The translations under genes were made by a program, and so were the position numbers. Positions 1 to 15,300 of a DNA stretch of 64,000 bases are shown here, in pieces. Under the pieces are notes generated by a model, which saw nothing but the letters and a program-made list of their open reading frames with translations, ran no database searches and was not told where the DNA came from. Source of the DNA: Balanoglossus misakiensis. Lineage: Eukaryota > Animalia > Hemichordata. The stretch spans positions 14,678,998 to 14,742,997 of the forward strand of contig CM082578.2 in NCBI GenBank assembly GCA_040954595.2. Reading direction: 5' to 3'. Within the stretch, counting starts at the first letter, position 1; every line of letters starts with the position of its first letter.

Positions 1-537
1 AACTTCATATCCTCATATTAATTACATGTATAATATTATAAATTAAATCATTTAGACTGTTTCCACTTTACACAAATATTGTCTACACTGGCTGACAAAT
101 AAATAGAAATTCATAAAATGGAAGGAAAGAAAAGTATTCCTGATGCCATTTTTCTTTCTCTGTGTTATCTGGTCTTTTGCTTGAGAAATTTTGCACAAAT
201 AGAAGATCTCTACTTGTTCTGTTTCACCTCAATCTAACCATTATGTAAATCCCATTCCACTCACAAAATACCTTCTTCACTTCACTCCAACTGTAACTGT
301 CACAAAAAGTGCTCTTTTTCCTTCCATTTCATTCCTTGCGTTTCCCTTTCTCAGGCAAAACTGCACATGACAGTAGCACATGCACAGTCAAGTGAGTTTC
401 CAATTAACAAGGAGGCATCGGCTCTTGAAGACAGAGTGAAAAAGCACACTTTTTTTCCAATGGTCCTGACCTTCCCACTGCAATACACCCGTCACTGGCT
501 GCACACACCCCTAACGACTTGCTTTGCCTAAACCAAT

Positions 538-3019
538 TCAATCGCTGTCTGTCATTTCTTCGCCAGGCTCACCCTCCACCCTAATCTTGCTTTCATTCCT
601 GGAGTTGTCTGAGGCAGATTTGCCGTTGTTTTTGACAGGCAGACTTTCTGTCATGTCTGGTGTCATGGGTGGGGTTGCAGGGGTTGTTGGTCCTTGGTCT
701 TCCATACTTGGCCATGATGTCTGCTCTTCCACACGACTAAGACGCTCATTCAAAGCTCTGAGAGCAAGTTGCCTATAGGAGAATTGCAAGCAAATACACC
801 TTACTTTTTCTTGCGACAGCGTGATTCCTTACAACTTCCGAAAATATATCAAAGGTCCAAGATGTATCTGGTTTCTTTTACAGGATTAGATCACACTAAA
901 ATACAGCAAGGGTTATCTACACTTATGTTTTTTTAACTAATGTTACAGCCAGACAATATAAAAACACCAACCTCCGTCTTTCTGCATCATTGGGATCACT
1001 TCCTGGCAAGCTGATTGTTATTGAGGATGGGGCACCCACATCATACTTTCTAACTTGCTTCTTACAGATCCTGGCTTTCACAAGACCACTATGAACTGAG
1101 AGATGAGTAACAATAATTCAATAGAAGTCTTGACATTGAAACACTTGCAAAGCGTTGGTATGCACTAAACTAAACTACAAGAAATCCATATCTGAAAATT
1201 GCAGCAGTCAGTTTTTTTCTTATTGTCAATCAACTATGACAATGACTCTAACTTATTCCAACAAACTCACCAGTGTTAGCCAGGATAGCGATAGGTGGTT
1301 GTATTTTTTCAGGAAAGAACATGGCAAATGTAAAGGTGTCAGACATATCTCCCCTGGAGTTGTCACTTTGTTTTTGATAAAATCGAAGATAAATCCAGCT
1401 AACCACTGTACCTGGAAAGAAGATAAGCGACACAAATTCACTCTATTACATGTGTAATTCCATTTTCTACTTCACACAGTATGTTACCCGACGATGGAAC
1501 GATTACACACAAGCAGTGATACTACACCAGTTATGTTGTGACAATGCTAAGCCCCATGTTAAGCTCTGCCACAGCTTGCAATTCACGGCAAAATAACATT
1601 AAACAGCTAGAGGATTACGGTGCTAAATTTGATAACATGAATTCTACAGGAGAAGATACTCACAACATTAACTGCTTTTTTTGCCCCAATTCATGTTACG
1701 ATTTACTCCACAAAGCACATTTAGATAACTAGATGGACTGCTGCCTTTCGTTTCAAAATTAACCTTCATGAACATTCAAACACTGGTCATCAGTTTCTAA
1801 CAGAGAACTGTCCATGATCCATGTTTTATTAAATATGATATCTATAAGACGCTTGCTATCTTTTAAGCCAAGATTTATTTCCGCTAAAATGTTATATTTC
1901 AGTCACTGAACATTTATTTCTTTTCAAACAGTTTTAACCTTTATATAAATTATTGGAGAGCCACAAGCCTGTCTTTTAATCGTCGTGTGGTCACTTTTGA
2001 TTCTATTTCTAGCCTACAACCTATCCTGCCTTTTCTTAGCTCTGTCTTTTTGACAAAGGTCAAAAGGGCAGGATAGATGCTTTGCTATTTCATTTCATTG
2101 AGAAAAGCTAGTGCTAGAATATTTTCACTCTGTAGACGTAGAATGTTAGTTTGACGACTATAATGGCATAATTTCTTAACATAAACAATTATGTTATCAT
2201 TCATATAGAGTTAATCATACAGGAGAAGGCCCAGGGTTTTATGACATCATCTCTTAAAACAAGTCAAACGTTTCACCAACAAGCAGAGAAACAGACTCAA
2301 ATGATGGCTACTTTTCTACACTTTTGGCATGGCAATATTTATACCACTTTCACTGAGAAATAAAATTGACCTGAAATAGTGTACTGTTGTCAACCATGCA
2401 CATAATTTATACCTGCACACGTCATAATTGGGTAACAGGCACACGTTAAACCCACGAGGCTGGCCGCAATTGACCAGAGAACCAGTACCAACGGCAAGTG
2501 TTTCACGCGCATCCCAATAAAAGACACGTTGATTATATCGTAGTCTCCCATCGTCTGCTTCAACGCGACAGCAACACCGGCAATGTAGCCTGCAAGTCCA
2601 TGGATATGAACATCAAACAAGTAGTCAACGTTTGAAGTGGCCACGTATATCATCAGGTAGCACACAGCAGACACAAGGCCAACTCCGATATTCACGATGA
2701 AGAAGAACAACAGCATCTCCAGGGCACCCCATAACGGCTCAAGCAACTTGCCACAGACAGCAAGGACTAAAATATCGCACACAACGTTCCAAATATGATT
2801 CTCCAGAAAACCATGGGTTAGGTAGGTCCATATTCTGAAGTTGGGCGGAACAACATAGCCTGGAGTTATCGCCAGAGTGTTCAAAACTGGATCTCCTATG
2901 AACGATAACAAATACATCAGACATACTGAAATCAAAACAGCTTTCACCACAACGCTTGAATTTTTTAAAACAACGGTGATCTGCTTCTGAAACTGTGCGA
3001 TGTTGATGGTGTTCGCCAT
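538..3019 (-). CDS. TMEM115: Transmembrane protein 115 (rhomboid-like Golgi protein), 4 coding exons
   Basis: GT-AG exons 3019-2413, 1411-1271, 1095-972 and 772-538 join in frame. Family motifs: GKLLEPLWGALEM, HIHGLAGYIAGVAVALKQ, SWIYLRFYQ, YDVGAPSSITISLPGSDPNDAERRRQLALRALNERL. Start taken as aaaATGg at 3019; an upstream in-frame ATG lies at 3055. Confidence 0.95.
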
Positions 3020-3368
3020 TTTGATCGTCGTGGCTGCGGATGACGTCGACTGCATGACAGCGCCACCATTGTACAAACCCAGAAATGTGGAATTTTGGTG
3101 AATTTTGGATATTTCTCAGAAAAGTGCCAAAAGTGGTATTCGTTAATTACTTTCACACTAATAATACTCAAATGATTTTTAATGGTCCCTTATTGATAAA
3201 ATCAAACAAGAAATTAAACTTTGTTGCTGCCATTATTTTGATATTTGTATATCATGTTTCGTCTGGGGTCAGAAGGGAAAGGTCAGGTCAAATATAGCGG
3301 ATCAGTGTTTTGAAAATTGATGAAGACAGCACGTCAGTATAACATGTTGAAATTGGAAAACTAAAGTA
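3020..3368. promoter_or_regulatory. Putative bidirectional promoter TMEM115/GTF3C1
   Basis: Divergent start codons about 350 bp apart; a YY1-like CGCCATTTT overlaps the TMEM115 ATG. Confidence 0.6.
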
Positions 3369-6300
3369 ATGAAAATGGAAGTAGGTGAAATTGTGGAATG
3401 TTCATTGGATGAAATAGCACTTGAGGGACTCGAAGGTATGTTTGCTTTTTATGCACATGCATTTTACGTCAAGAGCATCTTTTAGATTGGAGGAGATGTA
3501 CGGTGAAATAAATAGCCAATCACAGATTTTCAGTGACTGTCACGTGCGATAAAGAGTGCCACCACAGAGTTGGTCACGCCCCACGCCCCTTTGACCATAT
3601 ATACATATATGTAAATTAGATGTTACCCATACAAACAATGTAAACAAAAGTTTGAGTTGATGATCAGAAAGCTTTTCACAAACTTTTTAAAATTATTAAA
3701 GCAATCAATATAAGTTAGGAATGTACATTCTGGTCAGGTGATATTGGACATTTTTCATACTGGCTATTATTAAAAGTTGATATGTAGTCACCCCTTTATT
3801 TTTTCATCACAGAAATTAATTGCCTGCCATAAACTTACAGGTATCAACATACCAGGATTATGGATCCGATTGGAACAGAGGATTTTGCACACATCCACGA
3901 AACTTGATGATTCTATTAAAGAGTTTTTATGGAAATGTATTGTAGCTGACAATCATGTGGAGTGCTTTGAAGTTCCCACATCACCAGATCCACTTGAAGT
4001 GCAACAGTCCAAATACAGACTACGAGATCCGGAACTGGGTGTGGAGATAGGCCCACCTAAGGTACTAACAGGAATATTTGATTCATAGAGCACCATCACA
4101 TGCATAGAGATTTTTGTGCAGGTTTCAAACATGGCCAAACATTTACTAGTTTCCATCATTTAAAACTTGAAATTCCTCACAGGCTTTTTTGCCTTGGTTT
4201 GCAGGAAATACTTCAAAAAGAAGCAATGGTTACTGCATGTAACTTAATTGTGCCAACATTGGCATTTTTTTCTATTTTCCATCACAGAGAAGTGGAACAA
4301 ATGAATTGGGTTCTGTTGTCAACGACAAAGAGCGAAATATTAGAGGTCTTTGTGCAGGTTACAACAGTAGAAATAATGTGACTCAGGAACTTAGAAGTGG
4401 AAATATTACATTATCATCAGCCCTTGAAAAGTAAGTTACTGGTAAAGCTGTCCTACAGGATGTATCAAATTAATCATATTTGTAGAGTGTCTACCAGAGG
4501 TGTGAGACTGCAACTCCAACAAGCACTAGTCTATTTTATATTAGCATGCAAAGCATTACACACAGAAAAAACTATCCAAACAAGATATTGAAAGTAAAAA
4601 GAAAAGGTGACAGGGTTCACATGGATATGTGTTTACTTGTTGCTGTATTTCAGATGGGGAGATCGTCTTTTCCTGGTGGCATCACAAGACCTCCGTAACC
4701 GAGCCCTGTTTGGTGTTGAAGCAGATCCTGAGGTTGAACTGAGTGATTTACACTATGGTATCCTGGAAAAACTTGGCAAATCCCGGTATCTTGGGCAGTT
4801 GCAAACTGAGATATGCAGCTCATTTAATATTGATTCCAAAAATATGTTCTATCAGCGAAAGAGATTGTTTGCCAGAGGCTATGTTACAAGCCAGGTATGT
4901 TTTTACAAGTTTCATTTCAGTGGGTATCGCTTCTAAACACACATTGCTGAGTCTGTCTATTGCTACCGGTACTAACAGGCTTCAATATCAATCAAACAGT
5001 TTATACACTCCTACATTGTAAGAATGAATCTATGCTTTCTTTTTTGGTAAAAATAGAATCGCGCTATCATCATGAACAGTAGGATTGCTTGAGAACCCAA
5101 TTTTGGCAGCTTGGATGTGTCTTGCGAAACTTTCATGATGAATAATTGCCAGTGTCGTGTGTATCAACAATTATGCAGTCACCATTATAATTAAACAACA
5201 AGATACATCAAAATCTGAATCAAGATGTTCCAAAGCCAAGTATGCAATCAGATTGGAACCAACCCTCCTCCAATTCAATATCATTTTCTAATGTCAAATT
5301 TGTTTCAGAATTATGCAATAAGGCTTTCAAGTGGTCGACTGCAAAACTCTGTATTACTTCTTCTGAAGAGATTCCACGTTGATTACCGCAGTAAATACGA
5401 CACCTTTGCAGAGAGGCTCTCCAATGTACTTAGTGCTCAACCGGACATGGCAGCAACATTTTTGACTGTCAAACAAGAATTGGTAAGTGGAAAAACAATA
5501 GAACAAAGATTGTGGTACAGAGATAGTGAATCTCATTCAATGATGGCTACCCTAGCTGATAGTTAAAACTGACAATAATATGCATATTGAACTTTCGAAC
5601 CAGTGATTATGTGAACAATTGTTTTCACTCAGGGTCTACTGGAGGACAGCCAAACATTCAAGAAAATGTTGAAACACGCCATTGGTTTGAATTTGGTGAA
5701 AACTTTCTCCACAAGGAAAGAAGTGATGGCAGCAAAGCATGGGAAGAAGACAGTAGCTGTGTGGCATATGAAATTACAGAAGAGTTACAGCGCCATCAAA
5801 GATGAGGCAGGTGATGAGGAGGATGACGAAGATGATGAAAATGACAGTAAGAGAAGACTTTTCAAACTCTGTAATTGTAGTTTACATAGCAAACTGTGCA
5901 AGGTCCAGAATGACAAGAAACCTACTGCATTGGTCTGATGTGATTTCTGATGTTCTGGTAGATTCTCTTTCAAAATTAGATGAAAGATTTTATATTTAAC
6001 CAATATTGCCGTATTTCCCTTTCAGGTATACTGCCATCTGTGCCCAGAGTACATGAATTACCTCTACTCAATCAAGTTTATAACCTCGTTGAACAACATG
6101 GTTCCAATGGCATTCCACTGACTGTAAGTCAACTCCCTGTATCTCTGAGTGACAACCCACCAACTGTAATATTACATAAGCAGTGTTTTCTGTGATTGAC
6201 ACATGGCACATATATATATATATATATATATACTAACTCACAATAATGTATGTCAAACTTTTTCTCTTTCATTTTTGTGCTTCCTTAGAAAATACGTAAA

Positions 6301-9300
6301 ATGATGAATTTGGGCCGGCTGGAAATAAGACAGTTAGGTAAAAATTTACTGCGCACTGGAACTGTTCAGCAAATCCCACATGATGAAGGACGCCAAAGAA
6401 CATTTAGGTGAGATGTTTTGATCTGCTTTTATGTTCTTGATTTGTACTTGTCTGTAAGTGCATGTCTGCCCTTAAGCACGCTGTAAAAGTTGCTTGATAT
6501 TTTCAATATTACATAGTTACAAGTTGTATTTCTCAGGTATGTGTCTGTGAAACACATTGAAAGCAGTCAACTGAAGAAAGATTTAGAAAAAGAACAAGAA
6601 AGAAGTAGAGAGCTACAGAAGATGACAGATAAAGTCAACACCAATGCTGAAGTCCCAGATGTTGCATCTCTTGAGTTTGAACCAGGTGAGGGCAGATGTT
6701 TGCTACTGTTCTGTCAGTAAGAGATCATCTCATTTTTAGTTTGTACCTCTTGTGTGATGTGGTTTTTGGATTAAAACACTGGAATTATAAAACATGGTGA
6801 ACAGGACATGTCCATCAGTTAGTTATAAACTGAATAACTCTAATTACAGTATTTGTTTTCATTCTGGTCTGTTCTACATTAGGAGTCCGCAGTGTTGGCA
6901 CAACGCCATCAATGACCCCAGCTGGGTCGCCGCTTCAATCAGCTGAGCCATCAAGGGCTGATACACCTGAACCAATGGACACTGCAGAAGGTCAGTACTC
7001 AAACTATGAATAACATTCAAAGCTTGTCTATCTCCCCTTACTGCACAGGAAAGATAATGATGTTTTACAGAAGGGGGCCAGTCTCAAGTCTGCAACATTT
7101 TTGATGACGTTTTGTCGACATTTGTAGCAATTAACCAAATCTGACAAATAAGACAATTGTTAAGTTCAAACTTATGCAATATATTGATGAATACCCTCAC
7201 CAAAAGGTATAACATGACACTTGTTTTTATCTGAATTTCAGGAAAAAGAGAACCAGCCTTTGAGGGTGACAGTAAAATGATTCTGGGAAGCAACAAGATG
7301 CTAACTGCTAGGGTTCTTAGAAGACGCAACATCATCATTGAAACTGTCAGAAGTTGTAAAGTTGTACGGGGTTTATTCTCGCTTCTTAAGGTTTGTAAAC
7401 TTTCTGTGTGCTTCATAAATCCTCTTTTCAATAACTTGCAGTCAAGTGAACAAAAATGATTCATGTCTGGGTTTGAAAACAAATGTTTTCATTGAATTTT
7501 CTGGCATTCTCATGGAATTGCTTGGGTCTTTTTTTTCAGGCTGTGTTGAATGCAGAAAGAGAGGAAGGTGTTAACTACAGATGTGATAAAAAATCCATCA
7601 TCAGGTAAATCTTGAAATCAATTTTGTCTTCAGCAATATCTCTCCACTTTTCATGCTGTGCTTTAAATATAGATCCTAACAGCATATGATCTCTCAAAAT
7701 TATTTCCAGACTGGTGAAATCTCTAGTACAGGAAGGACTGATACGTCAGTTTACAACAATTGTAACTACAGATGATGGCTCGTCAAGGAACAAGGTATCA
7801 GAAATCAAAACCAAATTGATCTTTTCCTAATTTTAACATAACATGTTGTACAAACCAATTGCTTTCTTATAATTGTATACATCACTGTTCTTACATTAGC
7901 ATAAAGCATGGTAGATGGTTAACAGCAATGTAAATGCAGAGTTTTGCGATTGTTAGCAATCTCCTTTCATGTGATACAGGTTGAATTCATCACTGATGTC
8001 AATATCCAACCAAGTGATGAACTAGTGAAGAGTGCTATCTTACAAACCAAGTTCCGTATGGAGAATGTACTCAAACAGAAACAAGAGAAACAAGACAGGC
8101 TGGAAAAAACTCTAAAATTGAGACAAATGGTAAGAATCATTCCAATCAGTCTATACACATATGCATACAGTGTAGGCTATTGGGATCAAACTTACTTATA
8201 TAAATATTATAAAAAAACTAAGATGAATAAGAACTACAGTGAGTAAATATCCAATGGGGAGTTTTTATTTCATCTAATGTGCTTTTTTTTGGTTACTTTT
8301 GCCTAGACATGTGTGTCAAAATCAACCAAGACCTCACCAATCAGAGCGAAGAAACTGAAAGTGAAATTGAAAGGAGAAAAGAAGAGGACACCTGGCAAGG
8401 AGAAAACAAAACAGAAAGGGAATAAAAAGAAAAAGGGGAAAACATCCGGGGAAGAAATTGATGAAAGTGATGAAGGCAGCAGTAGCTGTGAAAATGACCA
8501 GCATGTCAAGTTGGAAAGAATAAAAAATACATCGGTGAGTTGGTTTCTATGCTGCATCAGTGCTGTGATTTTTTACAAGAACTTTTATCAAAATTATTTT
8601 ATAACAACAGACTCAAGAAATTATTACATTGTTTTGAGAATGACTGCAAAATAATTTCTGTTTCCCTTTTTGTTCCTAAGGGAGCCATTGGAATCGAAGC
8701 AAGGAAGTATGGGTATCTTCCCAAGATGCCAAGGTTAAAGGTCATCCATCAATACATTTGGTATCTCGTGTATGGTTACAAAGGAAAAGCGATGGACAGT
8801 GATGGGACCACAGAAACCAAAGATGTAAAACAGACTGATGATCATGTGACCAGGGAAGCTTCCAAAGATGTGAGTGGTGGAGGTGACGCTGCATCACAAC
8901 CAGTGGAAGTGGAATCAGAAAAGGAAAGGGAAAAAGTACAGTCATCGGCAGAAACTCACGATATTAGTCAAGGTGCCAGCAAGGAGACAGGCAACAGAGA
9001 TAGTGAACCAGCTGGATTGACACATCCCCAGGCAGATACTGCCACAGAGCAAGTTAGTCATGAAACCAGAAAAATGCAAGAACGGACTTATGTTGATGAG
9101 ATGGACTGGCGGAGGTTTCTACCACCCTTACCTCAGTATAATGACTGTGGAAAAGGCTGGTGTCTTGTCAGTGATTTGTTGCTATGGATGCCACTCTCAT
9201 TATTCTGTAGCATTGTGCAGTTGTCATACAAAGTAAGTAGGAGTACATCAATGATCATTAAAGCAAAATGGCTCTATGATTTTGAGGTGTTCTTTTATGA

Positions 9301-12300
9301 TGTACAGAGTTTTAATACAACACAGAAATTAGAAGATTAAAGTAGAAGCACCAATGAGATGTTCCTGTGTTTGATTTTATATAGGTGGATAATCTGGAGG
9401 ATTATCTGAACCACCCAATCAAGAGGTACACTCTGCTAGGCCTTCTGCCAAGGAATATGAGAATTCAGCTATTACATCGTCGCAAGTATGTCTTCACCTT
9501 TGATGAGAATCTGAGAAGGCTGTCGTCCATGGGTTTGATCGTCTATGGCCCACAGAAGAGTGAAACTAAAGACCAGGTAATTAACCACATTATGTTCTGA
9601 TCCCAGAATTTAGATACCGGTATGTGTGTGCACCTACTTCTTTCGCCATTGCAGCTTGGCCAAAGCTATTGTTGGAATACTGTGTGGTTTATAAGTATTC
9701 ATACTACATGTATATAACTATTGCCATAGGTTGGTTAACTTATCAACTATACTAACTATTTATTATCCTCTGGTAGGTCTTCGTTTATGTATGCCAATAT
9801 TCAGTTGTAGTGGATACAGCCCCCTGCCTGCCTCACTACAACAGAGCCCGAGGTGGTCCATTCAAGAAAAAACGCTATTATTTCCAGACAGCGGAACAGG
9901 TAGAGCAGTACTGGTTTGATTTGCAATGTATCTGCCTCAGTACACCTCTAGGTAAGTCTTGATATGTGACCCTGGGTGACCTTACAGTAATCCGTAAATC
10001 AGTTTCTTTGCAAGCTTGCCATAGTGATGCAGTGTTATCGTCAACTGAAAATCTGTGACCCGATTCTTAAATGGAACACATTCTCCCTTGCAGGTGTTGT
10101 TCGAAAGACAAGAAAGAAACATCCAGACAGTCCAACTGAGCTCACTGGTGCATTATCAAATACAATCAAAAACCTTGTGGTTGCTGTGGACGACATCAGT
10201 CAGCCACCCCCACAGGATAATGGTAGCATCCCAGGAGATGGACAGGGGGCAGGTGGCATGGACTCTAGCTTCTATACGTATGTCACTTTGTTTTCAAAAT
10301 TTAGAGAATATTTTGTATAATCATTATGTATTGTTACACACTTTACTTGCACTATTCGGGAGAAGAGTGGTTATAATTACATTCTAAAATGTTTGGAAGA
10401 GTGAGTGACTGTAATTGGTGGAAATATGTGTATGGAGACAATATTAGAAGGATCTGCAAGTTGTATGTACATGACTGCTGTGATCAGAAGTGAATAATGG
10501 GAGTTTGTTTATAGCAGTGTCATCTTTATCTCTCTCCTTTAGACATCTGAAGAGAAACTGGCAATGGTTAGTGGCCAAGAATGACAGACTGAAACAATCC
10601 AGTACAAAATTTGGGAGTAGTTTTCAGACTTTGTCATCACCAACGAAAGCAATGCGAGATGTCTTGGTGGAGGGTGTAGCCTCTACTTCCGGTAAGATAC
10701 ACTAACTTGGTAGTTTTCAGAAACACCACTGAAAGGTGCTAGAAATTAGGTTGCATCAAAATTACTGACACTAATCATGCAATTTTGAAATGAACTTGAT
10801 TATGGGTAATGGCATGTAGGCATTCAACATATTCCTTTGACTGAATTTCAGGTGAGTTGACCCCAGATGCCTTGATTCAACTGGTTTCTGAGCCGAGAAG
10901 ATCAGCACTGAAGACGGTCAGTGAGATTGGGAAAAAGAGAAAGAAGGCACTAGCCACAAAGTCTGGATCCAAAAAGAAATTAAAACCAACGAAACTTGCC
11001 AAAAAAACAAGTGAGTATAGCATTTTCAGAAACAGTGTGAAGGTTGCTTTGCCACGGTTGGCTGGGAAGATTCAGACAGTAAACCATGATTATTAAATTT
11101 TGTGATGATTTGTTTTTGTTTCATGACAACTTTCTAAGGAGGACCAAAGGATGCTGTAGACGTGAAAGCACTTGAGAAAATGACTAAACAGAGAGTTGGA
11201 TGGACTGCACAGGAAGACAGTCTGGTAAGCTAACTTTTGAATACATAATCAAACTATACATCAGAGATCAGACACCAACCAGTTTGAGATAGGTTTAGAA
11301 AATCTGTCACTTCTCTGACATTAATGTCTATTTTTATTTATCAGTTGTTACTCTGCAAAGTGGCATCAACTCTTCTGAACAAAAAGAAGCAAGACTTTAT
11401 CCCATGGAGTGTGGTGAGAGACATTCTTCACACGAGTTATCAGGTAAGATTTTTAGCTTCCTGACTTTCGACCTTTTATAGCATATACCGGTACATTTAT
11501 CTAGCTATCCCTTTAAATTTTAATTTTGTCAAATATTTCTCCATCTCTGAATTTTCCCAGATTTCCAGAGACAAAACTTCTGCTGCTGTGAATAGGAGAT
11601 CCAAGTACATCCTGAACAATCCACAGACAGCTCTCAATCTGAAGATTTGCCTTGCTGAGGTTTATCAAGATAAGGTAAGAAGTCATAGTGATTTAACCTG
11701 CTAAATGTACACTTAGAAAAACTGTTATTGCTGTCCTTATGAAGGGATATGCCAACTTCATACAGGTCAAGTATATTTAAGAATCTGATTATGCCATTCT
11801 GTTATGGCTAACTGTCTTTTCTCGTGAACAAATTATGCAAAATCATAATTTTTTTATTATTTGCATCGACTTTGTAGGAATTACTACAGGACATCATGGC
11901 TGTCAAGGGTGATTATGAAAACGCTGAAGTGTGTGCCACAGAATACAGAGATCTTGTCAAAAAGATGAGGGAGAAATTCAGGTAAAATGTAGACACCTTC
12001 GTGCAGTGATGATGGGAGTGTGATTATTACATTTTCCCATTTGAGTTCTGTGAAGCCGGACATTGTGTGTGACTGCTCTATTCTGCAGTGGTTTAATCAT
12101 TATTGAATATTCATGAGTCACAGTGATGTCAGCAAACTGCAAATATTGATCCTTCCACAGTTCTTTGCCCGGAGAGTTGAGCTTTGACCTTCCAGACACT
12201 CTAGAGGATCTCCACAACAGCTACAAAGTTGTACCCATAGGTCCCAGGTCAACAGTAAATAATGCCTTGGTGTTGCACAGTAGGGATGACATCATCAAGG

Positions 12301-15300
12301 CTCAGCTGGTGAATTTGATACAGGTCAGTTTATGATGACATTGATATTGACTGTCTACAAAGTCATGACAATTTATAGATGGGATATGCAAGTGTGTCTG
12401 TGTTGGATAAATGGCACATACTCTGAGCATACATTGAAGACACCTCTATCATCAAAGTTGGTACATTTCTCTGAAATGATATTTTCAGAATTTACTTCAC
12501 ACTCTTGTTTCAGATTTCACTATCCATGGACTCCAGTGAATACAATTCTCATCAAGTTTTCAAAGTGTATGAGAAATATCGCAGTGAACTGTTGGAAGCA
12601 GCGTTCAATTCACTCAGAGTTAAAGGTCTTGTCAACAGGAAGGTTAGTGTCTAATGAAACGTAGACAGAGCTTGTACTAGAACCACTGTTTGGTTTTCAA
12701 ACACTATTACCCCGTACAGTATGCCATCAAGTAGTGAAACATTCTCACTTCTATTTCAGCGCCCTATTGAAGGTTGCAAGACCACTCGTCATGTGCCCTT
12801 TGCAGCCATGTCCTACCAGTTATCAGTCAGATATCAAAGATGCTTTCTAAGCCTGATTCCAGTCTGTATGTTCCAAGAATTCAATACATTCTTCCAAGAA
12901 CTAATCAAGACATCATCAGGTATTTAAAGACAATTTTTAATCCATTGTAGGCAAGTTCCAGATCCCTCATAAAGTACTTTTCAACAAAGCCTGCATAATT
13001 ATGTGTAATGCCAAATCATCCTCACGACCGGTGTCTGTTTTGTTTCTTTTCTAGATGAAAGGAATCAGTGGTTAAACTTTCCTTCAGAGGCCACTGGGGG
13101 CACTGTTTGCTGTATTGCAACTCTCATGAGCATGAACAAGGTAAAGTAAAACAGTAGAGTATTAGAATACAACAGTTTATGGTAGAAAGCACTCTATTTT
13201 ATACAATGTACATGTAACTAAATCACATATTTTTAATTTTCTTGCAGCTTGCGCTTGATGTGGTTGTACCATATCAAATCGTGGTTGTGGACAGCGATTT
13301 GATGGAGAGTCAAGTTGTTGCTGCCAGTAAGCAAGCGGCCAGTAACACAAACAGCACTGTAGCATCGGATGACAGTGATGATGCAGCCAGTAACCATGGT
13401 GATGTCAGTGAAGTAGATGCGTTAACGCGTGCTACCATGCAAGGAGAAAGTGCCTCACAAACACAGAGACCATCTCCCACTGAAAGTAAACAACCCACGA
13501 CATCATCAAAGACAAAGACTTTGCCCAGTACATCCACAATGACAGAACCCCAGCCAAGTACATCTAAAGATTACGTGCCCCCAACAAAGACTTCTGACAG
13601 AGACACACCCACCAGTGTGTCAAGTTCACAAAATCTAACATTTGATGTGACACCACGCCAGGCTTCAAGGTCAAACCTGCTGCTGTATCGAGGACAGTAT
13701 GCACCAGGAATTGTGTCTCAGAGAAACTTAAACCCACAAGACAACATCGTTGTCAATTCATGTACTGTATCTGCTGCAATATCATCAAAGGAATTAGACA
13801 ACAAATCTCGCATCAGGTTTGAGAAAGATGGAAGCCTGCCAGACACCGTTGAAATATCCGATGATCCCAGAAAAATGCTACAACTGCCAACAGAGAGAGA
13901 ACTTGAAGACTACAGTAAAGATACCATCATTAAAAGGGGGGTCTGTGCACTGGATGATGTCATTGAAAAGTTGAAAGGTCATACGGAGAAGAATGCCTTA
14001 GCAGTACCTTTGAAAGTTGTGTATGAGCTGATTGTGGACAAGAGGGAATTTGGCTTGCCAGTGTCAGATCTTGGTGGTGTGGCTGAAAAATATGGTATTG
14101 CCAAAAATGTTATGGATGAAACTGTGGACGAACTTCTTAAGAGTTCCCTGGTGAGTCAGTAATTTTGCTTTCATTTTTCAAAACTATGAGGCTTCAATTA
14201 TGTGAACAGAACTCTGCTCAAACTTGTACAGCTCTACCTGTTAGAAAAACATTTGCTAGTTGAGTCACTAAACATTTACTTTTCACAAATTTCAATAATT
14301 CTACATATTTCGTGGTATTTTTGTAGGTGATTGAAGTTGGTGTGAGTGAAGCCACTTTAGTGTCCAGACAACATGCATCACCTTGGTTGATACATTCACT
14401 GAAACTGGTATCGAAAACACCAACGATATCTGCTGGAAGTGATGGCGACAGAACTACACATCAAAGAAAGAGAGCTCGTACTGCCAGTTATGGGAAGAAA
14501 GAAGAGATGGATGAGGAGAGACAAGAAGATAAACTTGAAGAAGAGTATGTAACTCCATCAATGTTGTAAATCATTTTGTACAAGCTTTATCACCCCAGTC
14601 CATATTCCTGCATAGTTTGCCTCACAATTGTGGACATGACATGGTTCAATGTAGTACAGTACACAAGACTTCATCCTGTCTTTTTCCACATTCTAGTCAT
14701 TTTGAGCCAGTGGACTTTGTATCTCACCCTTGGCTGAAAGTGGAGGGAAAAGCTAACCCAACCACTCTGAGGAAGATGCTTCAGGGATTACTGCTGTACA
14801 TCATGAATTTGCCAGGCATCAGCCACAACAATGTCATTGACAAATACAATGGTGTTCTTCACCCTGTGTCTGTTCAACAACTTCTACAGGTTGGTAGCCA
14901 TGGTTACTTGAGAGAATCACGCCCTGTTAATTTACTCAACTGCCTGCACCCATCTTGTAACTATCCGTAATTAAAGACACAGTATTTCTCGTAGGGGCAA
15001 AATTTTGTTTGAAACGGCATCTATAATTTCTAAAAGTAGATGATAATTGATACTGAATCGAACAGTCATCATCCCCAGCTCTGCTCATAAACTCATACAA
15101 TTTACAATATAACGAGTGAAGAATGACTTTCTGTCCGGACAGAAAGTCACGTGAGTGTTGACACACGTGACTAGTGCGCATGCGCACTCAAATGTGAATC
15201 TATGCGGAAGAGGTTTGGTCGCCCCAAATCAAGCGACTCAGCGAAGAAATGCGCACTAATTCGGCGAAATTTTGGGAAGATAACTTTATGGGAGAAATCA

